Notes under the pieces: generated by a model | Database searches by the model: none | Told to the model about the DNA's origin: nothing | Seen by the model: the letters and a program-made list of their open reading frames with translations, nothing else | In this document: piece after piece, positions 25,263 through 59,385 of the stretch | How positions within the stretch are numbered: the first letter of the stretch is position 1 | Layout: each line of letters begins with the position of its first letter | Assembly: GCA_020137815.1 (NCBI GenBank) | Contig: CM035358.1 | Coordinates: 7,626,001-7,690,000, forward strand | Length of the DNA: 64,000 nucleotides | Direction of reading: 5' to 3' | Origin: Hormiphora californensis | Lineage: Eukaryota; Animalia; Ctenophora | Translations under genes and position numbers: made by a program

Positions 25263-25526
25263 ATTTCTGGTTCACAAAGTGTTCTTTTCGTCAAAATTCA
25301 AGTTAAAGTTTTGAATAGGTTCAAGGAAATCAAGGTCACAATTCTGGGTTTGCGGCCAGAGGAACACACGTGAAAATTTCGCCCGCAAAGTTATTTTGGC
25401 TGGCAATCCTCTGATTTCTCGGTGCGCGGCGTTTGTTACGCGCAAATTATAATTTTGTGCCGTGCGGCGCGTCATTGATACATCAAAAGTGAGGTCGATC
25501 TCAGAAGATAGAGTTCCGCACTGGAT

Positions 25527-25584
25527 GTCGCCCAAGGAAATTCTAGCGTTGAGGTGGCAACGGATGCTAATGTGCTATAGTAAC
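25527..25584. promoter_or_regulatory. X-box-like (RFX) motifs in the bidirectional orphan/WDR19 promoter
   Basis: GTCGCCCAAGGAAAT (25527), GTTGAGGTGGCAAC (25548) and TGTGCTATAGTAAC (25571). Each has one good half-site. Confidence 0.5.
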
Positions 25585-25789
25585 GCTTCGTTTCGTAGTC
25601 TTGTACTTTGAACACCCACACTTACCGGGAAATCAGGTGTCATTGGCGGGAAAGTGTTAACACCTGGGCGTGCCGGGGAAGACACCTCAGTCACAATGGC
25701 ATTTCTGCAGAACTTTCTAGCTCTGCCTGGCATTTATCCATCATCATCATGTCTGTTTTATATAGCTCCAGGATTCTCATGTCAGCAGA

Positions 25790-26659
25790 ATGAAGGAGGT
25801 GTTTAACATACCAGCACGATCGAATGGCAATGCCCCAATACACCTGGCGTGGCAGAATAAGCAGGTACACAAACCCTACACAAATTGACCATTGTTCTTG
25901 TTCTAAACACGCATGGTACAATGTAGATACACAATTTACCAACCTGTTTCCCTCACTAGGGCTCATATCTGGCAGTAGGAGGGGTGAATAGAACAGTTAA
26001 CATATACGATAGACATGGTGAGCTTGTTGATGATATCTCCCTACCAGGCTCCTGTAGCGGCCTAAAATGGGACTCCGAGGGAAACACACTGGCTATCATT
26101 CAGGTACCTCGCTTGACCCCTCTCTTTCTTGGAGGGAAATAATTCTGCCCTTTTTCTCACATTCTTGCATGTCTTATCCCGAAAATGAACTTCAATGTCT
26201 TTTTTCTTCTCTGAAACCCATAAAAGCACTACTAAAGGGTCCACGGGATTCTATTCTTCTGTCAGTCACCACGATCAATCCAGGACAAGTCAGGTGTGGT
26301 TTATCTTTGGGACGCTAACAGTCGAACTCAACAACCCCTCGACTCTGGGCTTCGTGATACACTTACCTTCGTGTGCTGGAGTAACTATGGTCCTCTGTTG
26401 GCTATTGGAACGGGCAAGGGAAATCTACTGATCTACAATCACGGGACCGGAAGAAAGGTGAGATGGGACACTGGTAATTGGGGGGTGTAAAAAGTGAGTT
26501 GTGTGGGAAATGGGATTTTGGTGGGGACGATCTTTCAATTACACACACACACATACTCTTACTCTCTCTTTATCTTCCTATCACTATCTCCCTCTTCCCC
26601 TCACTCTTCCCCCCTCCCCCCACTTGCTCTATTCCCCTCTCTCTCTCTTTCTATCTCTA

Positions 26660-26695
<36 letters not shown>

Positions 26696-29600
26696 CGACT
26701 CACGTGGATATGAGAGAGAGAAGTACACATCCGCCATATACAATTTGTACACACACACGGACAGTGCAGCAGCATCTCTAGTCAGAGAGTGCACGTTAAT
26801 TTGTTCGTGTGTGTTTGTACGAGTGTGTGTACAGATATGCGTAGTGTGCTAAAGTGACTAGTAACACTGGAGCTGGGGTGCTAGAATAGTTAGCTCAGCA
26901 TTATTATACTGCCCTTGAGTTATGAGAAGTGCTCATTACATCATACCTCATATTAGGTAGGTACATCATCTAACATCATTATGATTGGGGACTCTTCCGA
27001 GATTATCTGTCACTGCCCGGTTAATTGAAAAGATGTTCTGTCACTTCCAATCAATACAATACCACCATCTGTCACAAAGTTCAATTTAAATTTGTGGCAA
27101 TTTTCCTGCTGGGAGTAATACCTCAATTCTCCGATATAATGGCAGTTTAACTATAAACACAGCTACACCATCACCACTCACATCAGTCAACAAATCCCTG
27201 CTTAATTCCCTCCCTCTCTCAGACCTCAGTACCTCACTCCCCTTCTCTCCCACTCTCAGACCTCAGTTTCCCAAACCTAACTCCCCTTCCCTCCCACTCT
27301 CAGACCTCAGTTTCCCAAACCTAACTCCCCCTCCCTCCCTCTCAGTTTCCCAAACCTAACTCCCCCTCCCTCCCTCTCAGTTTCCCAAACCTAACTCCCC
27401 CTCCCTCCCTCTCAGTTTCCCAAACCTAACTCCCCCTCCCTCCCTCTCAGTTTCCCAAACCTAACTCCCCTTCCCTCCCTCTCAGTTTCCCAAACCTAAC
27501 TCCCCCTCCCTCCCTCTCAGTTTCCCAAACCTAACTCCCCCTCCCTCCCTCTCAGTTTCCCAGCCCTAACTCCCCTTCCCTCCCTCTCAGTTTCCCAAAC
27601 CTAACTCATCTTCCCTCCCGCCAGGTCCCAAACCTAACTCCCCTTCCCTCCCTCTCAGTTTCCCAAACCTAACTCCCCTTCCCTCCCTCTCAGTTTCCCA
27701 AACCTAACTCCCCTTCCCTCCCTCTCAGTTTCCCAACCCTAACTCCCCCTCCCTCCCTCTCAGTTTCCCAGCCCTAACTCCCCCTCCCTCCCTCTCAGTT
27801 TCCCAAACCTAACTCCCCTTCCCTCCCTCTCAGTTTCCCAAACCTAACTCCCCTTCCCTCCCTCTCAGTTTCCCAAACCTAACTCCCCTTCCCTCCCTCT
27901 CAGTTTCCCAAACCTAACTCCCCTTCCCTCCCTCTCAGTTTCCCAAACCTAACTCCCCTCCCTCCCTCTCAGTTTCCCAAACCTAACTCCCCTTCCCTCC
28001 CTCTCAGTTTCCCAAACCTAACTCCCCTTCCCTCCCTCTCAGTTTCCCAAACCTAACTCCCCTTCCCTCCCTCTCAGTTTCCCAAACCTAACTCCCCTTC
28101 CCTCCCTCTCAGTTTCCCAAACCTAACTCCCCTCCCTCCCTCTCAGTTTCCCAAACCTAACTCCCCTTCCCTCCCTCTCAGTTTCCCAGCCCTAACTCCC
28201 CCTCCCTCCCTCTCAGTTTCCCAAACCTAACTCCCCTTCCCTCCCTCTCAGTTTCCCAAACCTAACTCCCCTCCCTCCCTCTCAGTTTCCCAAACCTAAC
28301 TCCCCTTCCCTCCCTCTCAGTTTCCCAAACCTAACTCCCCTTCCCTCCCTCTCAGTTTCCCAAACCTAACTCCCCCTCCCTCCCTCTCAGTTTCCCAAAC
28401 CTAACTCCCCTTCCCTCCCTCTCAGTTTCCCAAACCTAACTCCCCTTCCCTCCCTCTCAGTTTCCCAAACCTAACTCCCCTTCCCTCCCACCAGGTCCCC
28501 ATCCTGGGTAAGCACAGCAAGAGGATTATCTGTGGAGCTTGGAACTCTCAGCATCTCCTGGCTCTGGGTAGTGAGGATAGAATGTTAACTTGTAGTACAG
28601 TGGAGGGGGATACCGTTCGATCTACCAGTCTCAGGTATGGTTGGGGTGACATTTTATTGTCTTCCATTTCATGTTCCATATAATATCAAGTCAAATAATA
28701 TTATGGAAACAAAGGTAGGGCTTGGAGCTAGCAGATTATTATATCAGTTCATTTTCACCTTCTTTAGGTCTTTACCAGCGTCTTATTGACCTTTGAACAT
28801 GTTTATCCCTTTTTATCCAATACACACAATCCATCTCTTGTCTCTAATACATCAGGATCAAATCCTCTCTCAACTCCACCAACTTTTCTGCAGGTACGAT
28901 CCCGAACTGGCCATATTCTCCGAAATGAAGTCCAGCTCAAACAGTAGCGCAGCAAGATCAGGTGGTCTAGTGAACGATAACACTGTATCATTTGTGATCG
29001 GGCGGAAAACAGTGTTTCTGTACAACATTGACGATCCGGACAACCCTATTGAGCTCCAATTCCAGCCGAAATACGGGAATATTGTGGGGTACAGATGGTT
29101 TGGGGATGGATACATGCTGATAGGGTTTACTAACGGTTACATTATCGTCATTTCAACCCATCCCAAAGAAATTGGGCAAGAGTTGTTCCAGTGCAAAACC
29201 CATAAAGATGTCCTGAACGATATTTCCATCTCATTTGCACTGAACAAAGCGGCCAGTATCGGGGACAACTATGTCAAACTTTACGATTTGAAAGATCTGC
29301 AGGATACATACGACATGCAAGTGCTGGATGTAGAATCAGGTTCACTGCACAAGATGGAATGGTCGGGGGATGGCCAACTCTTGTCCATTACCACCACTAA
29401 GGGTCAGATCTTCACCTACCTGACCCGACTCCCCATGCTGGGGGCTACCTTCAAGACCAGTGCAGCCCATCTCACCTCACTTATGGAGGTCACTGTGACA
29501 GACCTGCGGCAGAGCGAGAGATTCATCACTGTCAAGGTAGTCACGGAGCCTCTCTACATCGCCCTGGGTGAGCATCACCTTGCGATTGGGATGAATAACC

Positions 29601-32600
29601 GGGTATGGATGTACGCACTATCCGATCCCAAGGAGCCACTCCTGGAACGAGAATACCTGGAATCAGTTCGAGAGATGTACATGAACTCGGATTATGCTGC
29701 GGTACTGTTCGAGAAGCGGATCCAACTTCACCTAATTGAGGGTGATAATGAGAGTGAAAAAGAGAGCAGGCTATTCCCCGACAAGGATACTGATGCTGAC
29801 GATGATATTAGGTGCTGTGCGCTGACAAGCGACTTCCTGATCTTCGGAACCGTCCGGGGGAACATCCACTATTTCTATATAGAGGATTGGAAGTTTGTGA
29901 ACGAATACCGGCATACCAACACTGTTGTTAAGATGTTCCCAGATGTCTCTGGAACTAGAATGGTGTTTCTAGATGAAAAGAGGGATGGATACAGTTACAA
30001 CCCAGTCAATGATGATATCCATAAATTACCTGATCTGCCATCTAAAGTTGAGGGTGTGATTTGGGATAGTGTCGATAGGCATGTGTTTGTGGCGTACACA
30101 GACGAAGTTGTGATCACATACGTCACCCATCGGGATATTGTGACGGGTGAAAATGTGCAGTTTGTAGCGGAGACCAAGTTACCCTATGGGTACAAACCTC
30201 TAGCTCTTGTTGAAGGAGAGTTGAAATGCCAGACTCAGTCGGGTAAACTTGTAAACTTGTCCCTGGCATCTCACGCCTACTTCAACAACCTGAACGACCT
30301 CACTCCGGAAGAGATCTACATTTACATGGCCCAATTGACCGCTTCCTTCAACTATGCGTGCTCCTTGAAACGCTATAACGAGGCTTGGAAGTTTGCCGAA
30401 CTTCTCAACAACACTGACCACTGGCTGCATCTGGGTAAAACTCTCCTAAATCATCTTGAGGTTCAACTGGCTATTAGGGTCTACAGGAGGGTGGGAGATG
30501 CTGCCATAGTTCTCTCACTCCAAGGTCTCATGCACATTGAAGATCGGAAGTTACTGGCGGGACACATGGCCATGTTGTGTGACCAGTTCGACCACAGTCA
30601 ACAACTGTTCTTGGAATCCAGCCAACCCCTCAAAGCGCTGGAGATGAGACGAGATCTGCTGCAGGTGAGCATTAACAATCTTCTAATAATCCTTGTCATA
30701 CTACACATGACTGTTTCTTCGTGCAAGCTACACACAGTGTAGCTTCGGAGACAGCAGTCTTTTATGAGGTGACATTATATCTCATTTGAATCTTGAGTAA
30801 CCCGTTTTTATCAATTTCAGTGGAACCAAGCGTTACAACTTGCAAAATCTCTGGCTCCCGAACAGATACCTTTCGTTTCCAAAGAGTACGCTCAACAGTT
30901 GGAATTTACTGGTGACTGGGCCAACGCCCTCATACACTATGAAAAGGGTAAGAGATGGGACTTTACCTGCTCTTACTTGCAAAAGAAATGGGATTTATTG
31001 AGTTAACTTTTCAATCTCTTTTTTCAACCTTTCACCCCTCTTCCAGGTATTACTAATGGTGACGATGAACATGATGCCGTATGTAAGGGTGGCATAGCTC
31101 GGATGTCCATTCGAATGGGTGACGTTAGAAGAGGAGTCAACTTGGCCCTGGAGTCCGCTAATAAAGTGTTGTGTCGAGAGTGTGCTGGGATCCTAGAGGC
31201 CATCAAACAGTACCCAGAGGCAGCCATGCTTTACGAAAAGGTATTGTTAGCTGAACCAATTCAGATCAGATCAACCGGGATCAATCTGAATTTTGACCCC
31301 ATTTTCAATGAAAATCCCCGAAAATTTTTCATGCTCACGATGTCTTCTTTGTTGGTCAATCTTGGTGTTACACTGTAAATCTGTTACATTGTTATAACAC
31401 TGTTACAATGAGGGGGGGGGGGCAGTAAATCCATCACGATCAAGTCTTCCCGCATGACCTACTCGAACCCTAAAATTCAAATCATCATGTCGCCTGTGCA
31501 CCGGAGCACTGCAAACACCTCTCTCTGTCCCTACCTATCTCTCTCTATCTCTCCCCGTATTTTTCTCGTCACAAATTCACGCCTTCTTTTCGCACTTCTT
31601 TACGCTCCCCTGCATTTATCAATGAAACGTGTGCGCGAAATGAGGGAGTGAGAATGAGGTCCCGACAGGGTTAGTGTTGTAGTTGCAGACCGCACGGAGG
31701 GAGAGGGTGGGTTGCCGGCGACAAAATCTTCATTCTCCCATTCTTATTTTATTTTAGCTCGTGACTCTCACTCATCTCTTCTCTCACCTCTCTTAATCAA
31801 TAAACAATTGGATGATCATCCCCGTTTAGCAACAATAACTCATCAATATCGATCGATAAGAAGCTTATGCCGAGTTCCATCGAGATAAAAATCTCGAGCT
31901 CGCCAAATACCCCTCACATCATTCCAAGATAGCCCTTATCCATTCCCCCCATAGGGTTACTGGTTAGGATGTACCTCAAAATATCCCTAAACAATAAACC
32001 ATCCAAACACCATAAAGCTCACCCCATTCTCTCCCTAACCCCGTTTTATCCCTGCAGGGTCACAGTTACGACAAAGCAGCTCACGTATACATGAAAGCTA
32101 AAAACTGGCACAAGGTAGCCGACATTCTCTCCCACATTACCTCTCCCAAAATATACGTCCAATACGCTAAAAACTGCGAACGAGAGGGAAAATTCAAGGA
32201 GGCAAGCCGAGCTTACGAGGCGGGTAAGGATTATGATAACGCGATCCGTATCAACCTTGAGCACCTACGGAATCCCAAGGAAGCAGTGCGGATAGTTCAG
32301 GAGACACAAAGTGTTGAAGGTGCCCGTGAGGTGGCCCGGTTCTTCCAGAACCTCGGGGATTACGGAAGTGCCATTCAGTTCCTAGTGGTTAGCAAGAGGA
32401 ACGAGGAGGCATTTGCACTGGCCGAGGAGCACAATCAGATGAGTCAATACGCGGATATAATTGGTGATGACGCTACCCATGAGGATTATCTGGCCATAGC
32501 TAGACATTATGAGAGCAGAGGGAAACCTTTACCATGCGGGGTGTATTACAACAAAGCAAAGGAATACGGAAAGGCACTACATTATCTTATCAAGGTGAGT

Positions 32601-35400
32601 TTTTAAAAAAATGCTTCTAGAATCCGTGATCTCATTAAAATCCGTGATCTCATTCCCAATTCATTTCCATGACCTCTCTCCGTTGTTCCCAATTCATTCC
32701 CACATGACCTCTCCTCCTCTCCAGGTGCCGCCTAATGAGGTAGAAGAGGCGTTGGATGTGGCAATAGAGGTTGTGGGTGAGGCACACAAGGACACCCTGA
32801 CACACCAGCTTATCGACTATCTGATGGGAGAAATTGATGGTGTGCCCAAAGCTGCCAGGTAAGCGGCTGGTTGCTGCTAGGAATGAGAAACGTTTTTTCC
32901 CTAATTTCAATCCTAATTCTCTAACACCGTCCTCCCTCCTCTCTCTCATCAGGTATCTATTCAACCTATACATGTCGTTGAAACAGTACCGCGAAGCAGC
33001 CCGAACAGCAATTATCATCGCTAAAGAAGACCAAACTTGTGGAAGTTATCGTGCTGGTCATGATGTACTATTTGATATGTACCAGAAACTACTACAACAG
33101 AAAATCAAAATACCCGCGGAAATGGCACATAATTTGATGTTGTTGCACAGTTATATCTTGGTGAAGACTCATGTTAAGCGGAACAATCACACCAAGGCGG
33201 CACGGTTACTGATTCGGGTGGCAAATAATATCAGGTAAAGAGTCATATTATCAACTATATTCTCCTGAGTAGGTAGTAATTGGACAACTTTAATCAAACT
33301 TTCTGTCTTTTTCCAATACCTTTTCTCTCTTTTTCCAACACTTTTTCTCCACAGTAAGTTTCCGTCACACATCGCCCAAATCCTAACTTCAACCGTTGTG
33401 GAATGTTATCGATCAGGACTCCGTGCTTCAGCCTTCAGCTTTGCAGCCATGTTGTTACGTCCCGAGTACCGGTCTAGTATTGATCCTAAGTGGAAGAAGA
33501 AAATCGAGCAAATTGTCCGGAAACCTGATAAATCTGAGGAGGTAAATTAATTAATTGCTTAATTACCTCTCTTTTTTCACCGAACCGCTTCCTTCATCAC
33601 CCTCTTCACTCTCTTTCTCCAACCAATGAAAGACCAAACTAATTTCCAATTGTTACAGGAAGAAGGACAGGATCCGTGTCCCCAGTGTGGGGCAATGTTA
33701 CCTCAGATGTCACTGGAATGTGGTGACTGCAAAAATACTCTACCCTATTGCATCATTTCAGGTAGGTGACATATGAACTATGAACGTTTGTAGCTTGGCG
33801 CGTTATCAAGTTGGCTGTCGCCAGCGCGAGCTGGCGATAGCCAACTGGAGTTTAATCGCCCGGCAGGGCGATTAAACTGGTTTAAATCACGACCCCGAAC
33901 CCGAGGCGCAGCCGAGGGTGAGGGGGAGGCGATTTAAACCTATAACGTGACAAGCTAACAAACTTTCATAGTTTATGAAACCCGATAGCAATTTCACACT
34001 AACAAGAGACACAACACAAGGTAAAACACACAAGGAGTACTGGAAAATAGTCAACAGACGTCCCCAAACTGTGTGTAGACTAACTGGCACCTAGTTGCAA
34101 CTGTTCCTAACATATTTGAGTAAGAGAGAGGAAGATTGGGGCTAATACACACAGTGAGAGATATTGAACAGTAAAAGAGAGAATGAGAGAGAGAAGAGAT
34201 AGGAATGCGATTCTTTTGACTTTTTATGAGAGAGATAACATTGAAAAGTGTTGCAGATGTGTTCCCCTCTCTGTTATTGACAGAACTGTGTGTTTACACA
34301 CATTTTATTTACTCTGAATTTTACACGCATGTTATTCAAATGAAGAGAAATGCGTGAAAAAGAGAGCGGGACTGTTAAAACGCGAGAAGGGTGTTAAATC
34401 CCCCAGTTAGCAGTTATCATGAGCGCGCAAAATGTTCAAACGACTGTTAAATCAGCTATCGGGTTTCATACTATAATATCACTTCAATATATTTCTATAT
34501 CCTCGGTAAAAAATTGATACTTCCTTTCAAGTACTGTCTCTCTTCAGTAAAACACCGCCCCCTATATTTCTCGGCGGAACCCTCTTTTAACATTCTTAGC
34601 CTCTCTAGGCTATCTAGGCTATCTAGGCTCTCCCCTCTAGGCCCTCTAGGCTCTCCCCTCTAGGCTCTCCCCTCTAGGTTCTCCCCATTCCGGTGCTGTT
34701 CTGATTTTGACACCCCTCTCCCACGCTCCAATAGACCGTCAACATATGATACGGTATCAATAAAAACCTAACGCATTATATCAGTATCATGTTCATTCAT
34801 CCGATATCCCTGTCTCCCAACTTACTGGCTCCTTGACACGGGGGGGGGGGGGGGGGGGACCGTATCGTTCTGTCATCGATTGACAAACAGTGAATATATT
34901 ATCATTGATTATATTCTTTTGCTTTCCTCTTTAGCCTAATCTGGAATATTCTGAATGGAAAAAGCGGTATTTCTCCGGCATTTCGGGGGCATTTCTCAGC
35001 ATTCAAACTTACCCAAACACAAAATCCCAGAAACACCCTAGTACTATTCTCTCCACTTTCTTCCCCCGGCCCCTAAATTCCGCTCCCCCTTCCTCCCCAG
35101 CCCCTAAACCCCCCATCCTTCCCCGGCCCCTAAATCTCCCCCTCCCCCGGCCCCTAAATCCCCCCTCCTTCCCCGGCCCCTAAACCTCCTCCTCCCCCAG
35201 GTCGTCACATGCTCAAAGAGGACTGGTCGGAGTGCCCCCACTGTACCTGGCCTGCACTTTACTCCGAGTTCACTGACTTCCTCTCCGCTGCTCCTAATAC
35301 ACCCTGCCCTCTGTGCAGCAAGCCTGTTGATCCGGCAAGCGTGCAACTTATTTCGGAGCCCAATCTTTACGCTAAACTAGGGGAAACGGGGGAAATGTAG
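25790..35400 (+). CDS. WDR19: WD repeat protein 19 / IFT144 (IFT-A complex)
   Basis: Exons 25790-25864, 25960-26103, 26284-26457, 28495-28634, 28894-30664, then ~30821-30947, 31047-31240, 32058-32594, 32725-32858, 32953-33234, 33355-33541, 33659-33761 and 35201-35400. Motifs: [86 protein letters not shown]. Confidence 0.96.
27215..28494 (+). repeat. Minisatellite of ~35 copies of a 35-bp unit, ending exactly at a WDR19 splice acceptor
   Basis: Unit CTCAGTTTCCCAAACCTAACTCCCC(T/C)TCCCTCCCT. The last unit ends CCACCAG|GTCCCC (exon 28495). Confidence 0.95.
33791..33957. mobile_element. Foldback element with TIRs enclosing three internal hairpins
   Basis: Termini TAGCTTGGCGCGTTAT / ATAACGTGACAAGCTA. 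Internal stems GTTGGCTGTCGCCAGC..GCTGGCGATAGCCAAC, GTTTAATCGCCC..GGGCGATTAAAC and GGTTTAAATC..GATTTAAACC. Confidence 0.65.
33974..34470. mobile_element. MITE (~495 bp) with perfect 16-bp TIRs
   Basis: TATGAAACCCGATAGC ... GCTATCGGGTTTCATA. Confidence 0.7.
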
Positions 35401-35885
35401 ATCTTGGTTTGAGGATACATGCTCTTGACAGACCTGTATTATAAAGTGATAATCAGAGAGGGGTGTGCTGGTACCACCACCTTTAAATTGTAAAATGTTT
35501 GTTTGTGTGTACAGATGTAGCAGTGTTTTTAAGCTTCCAATTGGTTGCTATGTAATATTTATGTGATAAAGTGTAAATATATTAGGTACTTGTACGTAGT
35601 GAGAGAGAGATAGAGAGATAGAGATAGAGCGTACCACGTGTTTGTAAAGATATATTTTTTGTCTCACTCACAACTTGCTATATTTTCCTCACTTATCTAT
35701 TTTGTTTGCAGTGCCCCGTACCCCCCCCCCCCCCATTTTGTCCTAAATTTTGTCCTTAACCTCTTAACCGCTTCCAAACTCTAACCACTTCAACTTTTCC
35801 CTTGCTATGGCAGTTTAAAGTAGTTCACACACTTTATCACACACTTTGAGAAGAAGAAGAGGAGTGATTTCTGGTTCTTCACCGT

Positions 35886-55521
<19,636 letters not shown>

Positions 55522-58500
55522 AAGGAGAGAGATAGAGAGTGAGGAGGACTGAATGATATTCGAGTGGTGGGGGTGACCCTCTCGTTAGGATAGGAGCTGT
55601 CACCCCTGACTGTTAGGAAGCAGAGAGACTTGCTATGTTCTAACCCTCCTTTACAGAGGGTCGAGCAACAGAGACAATTATAAGATGGGTGTGATATTAT
55701 TATAATAGGGTGCTCAGTTAATATTTTTAATATTCCCTCTGTTATTTCACATGTGATAAGAAGTGACGGTGATATCGAGAGATGGAAAGTTCGAGTTTTT
55801 AATATAGACCCCGACACGTTATATTGGCACATTTTTGTCAGAGAATTCAGTGCCCCACAGACATCAATAGAGAGACTGCAATAGAGAGACTGAGAGTGTG
55901 AGAGAGGGTAGCAAGAGAGGTATGAAGTGGTAGAGAGACGATGGTAATGGGAATTCTCTCATCTCAGACGATGAACTGTTATATATCGGCTCGTGTGATA
56001 TTTTCACTTCGTATACATTCTGCGTATGTACCAGTCATCTTTTTATTGTTTATATAAACTATAATACCGACCCTGATGATATAATAGTTACCGCCGAAAT
56101 TGAGCAGCTACACAGAGATATATATCGCTTTTTTGTGTGTTTTTCGCCCCTTGTATTGTCTGTACTAGACAACCTTTTTTCCTGGCAAGTTTGCCAAACC
56201 CGATTTTACACGTAGAGATTAACTCACATAATTGTATTTTTATTGCTAGAATAACACTGGAAATGTGTGAGGCTGAGAGAGAGATAGATAGACTAAGATT
56301 TTTCATTTTTTCACGAACCTCCGACTTCTAAAGGGGTCTTTGAAACACGTCGTGCAATGAGACGTGGAGAGTTACTTACTCAAAAACGAAAGAGAGAGAA
56401 AAACTTATATGTGAGTGTGTTATGACGATTTTCATCTTTCTTTCGCAAATTTGTGAACTATGCCTCCTTTCTTGTCCCCCTATATAATCAAGCCCCCCCC
56501 CCCTCCCTCGTCATGCATCAGCATGTTAGAAAGATTCTGGTAGAAACTAGAAACTTCACTTTGTACGTGGTCTACTTTTGTTATCTATCGAGTATCGTTG
56601 CGTTCTGGCCTGTTATTTGGCGAGGCATTCTCGCAGGTGGGCGAAAACAGATGCCCGTACCTAGCGGCCAAGTATTGGTGCGGCCAAGTGTTGATGCGGT
56701 CGACCAACACTTGGCCGCCATGCAGGTCTTAATTGGCCTTACAGTTCCTTCAAGTAGCGGAGCTTTGTGATGTGAGACTCTCACTGTGAGAGCTTGTGGC
56801 ATCAGTATGGTTTGAATAGTGGGAGGCGACATATCAATGATATATGTCGCCTCTTATCTCGTGATGACATATCATGCATGGGTTAAAATAGGCCCTGGCC
56901 AGATGGGGCCGCCAGATGAGCTGATGTTGATCTTACTAAAAGCCTTCAATTTGGCCTTGGTATGTTATTAATAGCATAGCTCTTCCCATATGGATCACGC
57001 TCGCGCCTCGCAGTCTCCATCTCGGTCATTGGCCAGATAAATTATTCTTTCGACCGTCGACTTTCTCTTGATGGTGATCCATCGTTCGCGTATCAATTCC
57101 TTCCCCTACTCATGCATAGCAAAATAAACATGATTAGTTTAATCTTCTGGGAATCTTCCCACCTCTAATTGTCAATCTTGGCGCCACTTTCTCAATTCTT
57201 TCTTGACCAATTACCATATTATTTCTGTGTCAGGTGCTTGTTGTCACTGTCAGCTGAATTTTCCGATGATCTCACTCTGCTCACTTTTTCCCACGCTTAC
57301 CGCTATGACGCGCGCTGAAGACATACAGAACTGCAATGCGCCTTCCGTCATGTATTTTCATTGGACTGCACATAAAAACTCGTCCAAACCCACTGATGGC
57401 AATCTGACGCCTTGACCGCTGTGACACTCAGTACCGTCACTGAACAATGTCTAGGTGACGTGATTGATTGGGTGTACAAGCACACTACGTGTAGTCTTAT
57501 GAGGAGTCTAATTAACTAATTGTCTCCAATTACCAATTAATAATAACCAGTCCTGTGAAATAGGAGCCCAGTTTATAACAATAGCACTGTCGCCTCTGCT
57601 ATTAATAATAGCAGAGGCGCTATACAGCCGTACTATGTTTATTTACAGATCACTATTATACAGGGAGCCAACAGTAGTTTACACTTTCTAGTTGTCTTGC
57701 ACTTTGCAGTTGTAATGTTCCAATTGTCCTAACTCCAGAACTCCTATTGTCCAATTGTCCCATTCGAACTATTGGAGTCTCTAGTACGGAATGGTACAAG
57801 AACAAAGTAATTCTAGGGTAGGACGGTACCCTACTGTACATGCTCTGTTAACGCCATTACATACTGCAGCCTAGCTGCTGTGTGTAGTCCTGTGATGTGT
57901 CTGCATGTTTTCACCTGGCATGATGCCTTTCGGCGAATATTTCTGATCCCGGGTCCTGTAGATCTGCCTTTTACCACAAATCGCATTATTGAGTGAAAAT
58001 CATTATTCTTACCCCTGTGAGTGTGCTCGAAAAAACAGGACGCACCAGCACAAGACTAGTGTCCACACTATCTGTACATAATTATGTTTATGTTTATGTA
58101 TAAACCTCCATTGTTTATTAAACAAATGAAGAACTGAAGATTAGGATATGCGAATGTGACGCTGGTCGCTGACTCCCTATTATTAGAAATTCTAGAAACT
58201 TCCATATTAAAACACTCCTTTTTCTTCCTCCTCATAACTTTAGAACCGGCTAGGTTCATATTTGTTTTTGTCGAAGTCCAAAAGCTCGTCTCTTGTTCGA
58301 TTCTCTCTTGTTCGACCATCTCTCTTAGAACATATTACATAAATCAGCTTCATGTCTGCTTGTCGCCGGACCGCTATACATATGACATATGTTATGTATT
58401 CGTTATTTGTTTAAGAAAATGCCCAATCCTAATGAACCGGTGAAGCCATTTCTCTGACCCTTGTTCTTGATTCTTAGAAGAAATTTGTTTTGTTCAAACA

Positions 58501-58742
58501 AGGAGGGTCGAACAAGGCAATAAGAAATGCCAGTCCTCCAACAGTAATGAACCCTTACAATAATCAATTGCCATTATGTAATTGATATTATTCAATTGCA
58601 GAACTGCAGAAGTTAGCAATAACCATCAACTTTCCAAGCTACACTGACACATCATGATGGATCACAGTAATATGAACATGAACAACGACACCGACATGAA
58701 CAACATGAACAATGATGATGGAGATCAGGGGATGGATCATAA

Positions 58743-58965
58743 GGGTCCAGTTAGAGATTTTGCGACTGATGTCAGTTACAATGAAGCAGGCCCCTGCTGA
58801 CACTGCTGACACTGCCGCGCGCGCTACTTTAGATGCAAATCACATCGAAAACCCTGCTAGTCAACGAAGATTTGGCGCGCACAGGGACTCTCCCAGCTTG
58901 CGCCAGTTGCAGACTGGAGGCTGGCGCCAGAAACTGGAGCCAGCCTCCAATCTGCAACTGGAGCG
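58743..58965. mobile_element. 223-bp MITE copy 1, TAA target-site duplication (PIF/Harbinger-like)
   Basis: TAA-GGGTCCAGTTAGAGATT ... AATCTGCAACTGGAGCG-TAA. Removing it plus one TAA restores the CTR frame. Confidence 0.88.
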
Positions 58966-59385
58966 TAACAACATGGCCGCTACATCACACGGGGTATGTG
59001 AGCATTAGATGAAGATTTTCTACTGTCAGCACAGTGCCTGACCTTACTCTAATCGTTTCTGAGCGAAGCACGTGAGAATTGGTTGGCACGATACCTGACA
59101 GATTTTCCATAACCATCAGTCTCCTACACGGTACTAGAAGGTCCAATTGATCACACACATTTTCAGAGTGTCTTCGTAGTCTCCAAGGTAGCAACAATTC
59201 TGTTTGATGGATTAACGACAACCAGTACTGCCGGAATGGGTCTTGCTTTCGTTGTTGTCTTTCTGGTGGCTGTCATCTATGAACTGTTAAAGTAAGTTTT
59301 ATCAGTGCAAGAATGCCTGTCTTGCGGCGCCGACCCAATCTGAGCGCACTGTCGCATCAAAACGGGGTCTGGCGCCAGAATGTAA

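Noticed and set aside
58743-58965. MITE acting as an introner (self-removing via its own GT/AG)
   Set aside because: Splicing at the nearest terminal sites (AAGG|GT...AG|CGTAA) gives an immediate stop rather than restoring the frame.
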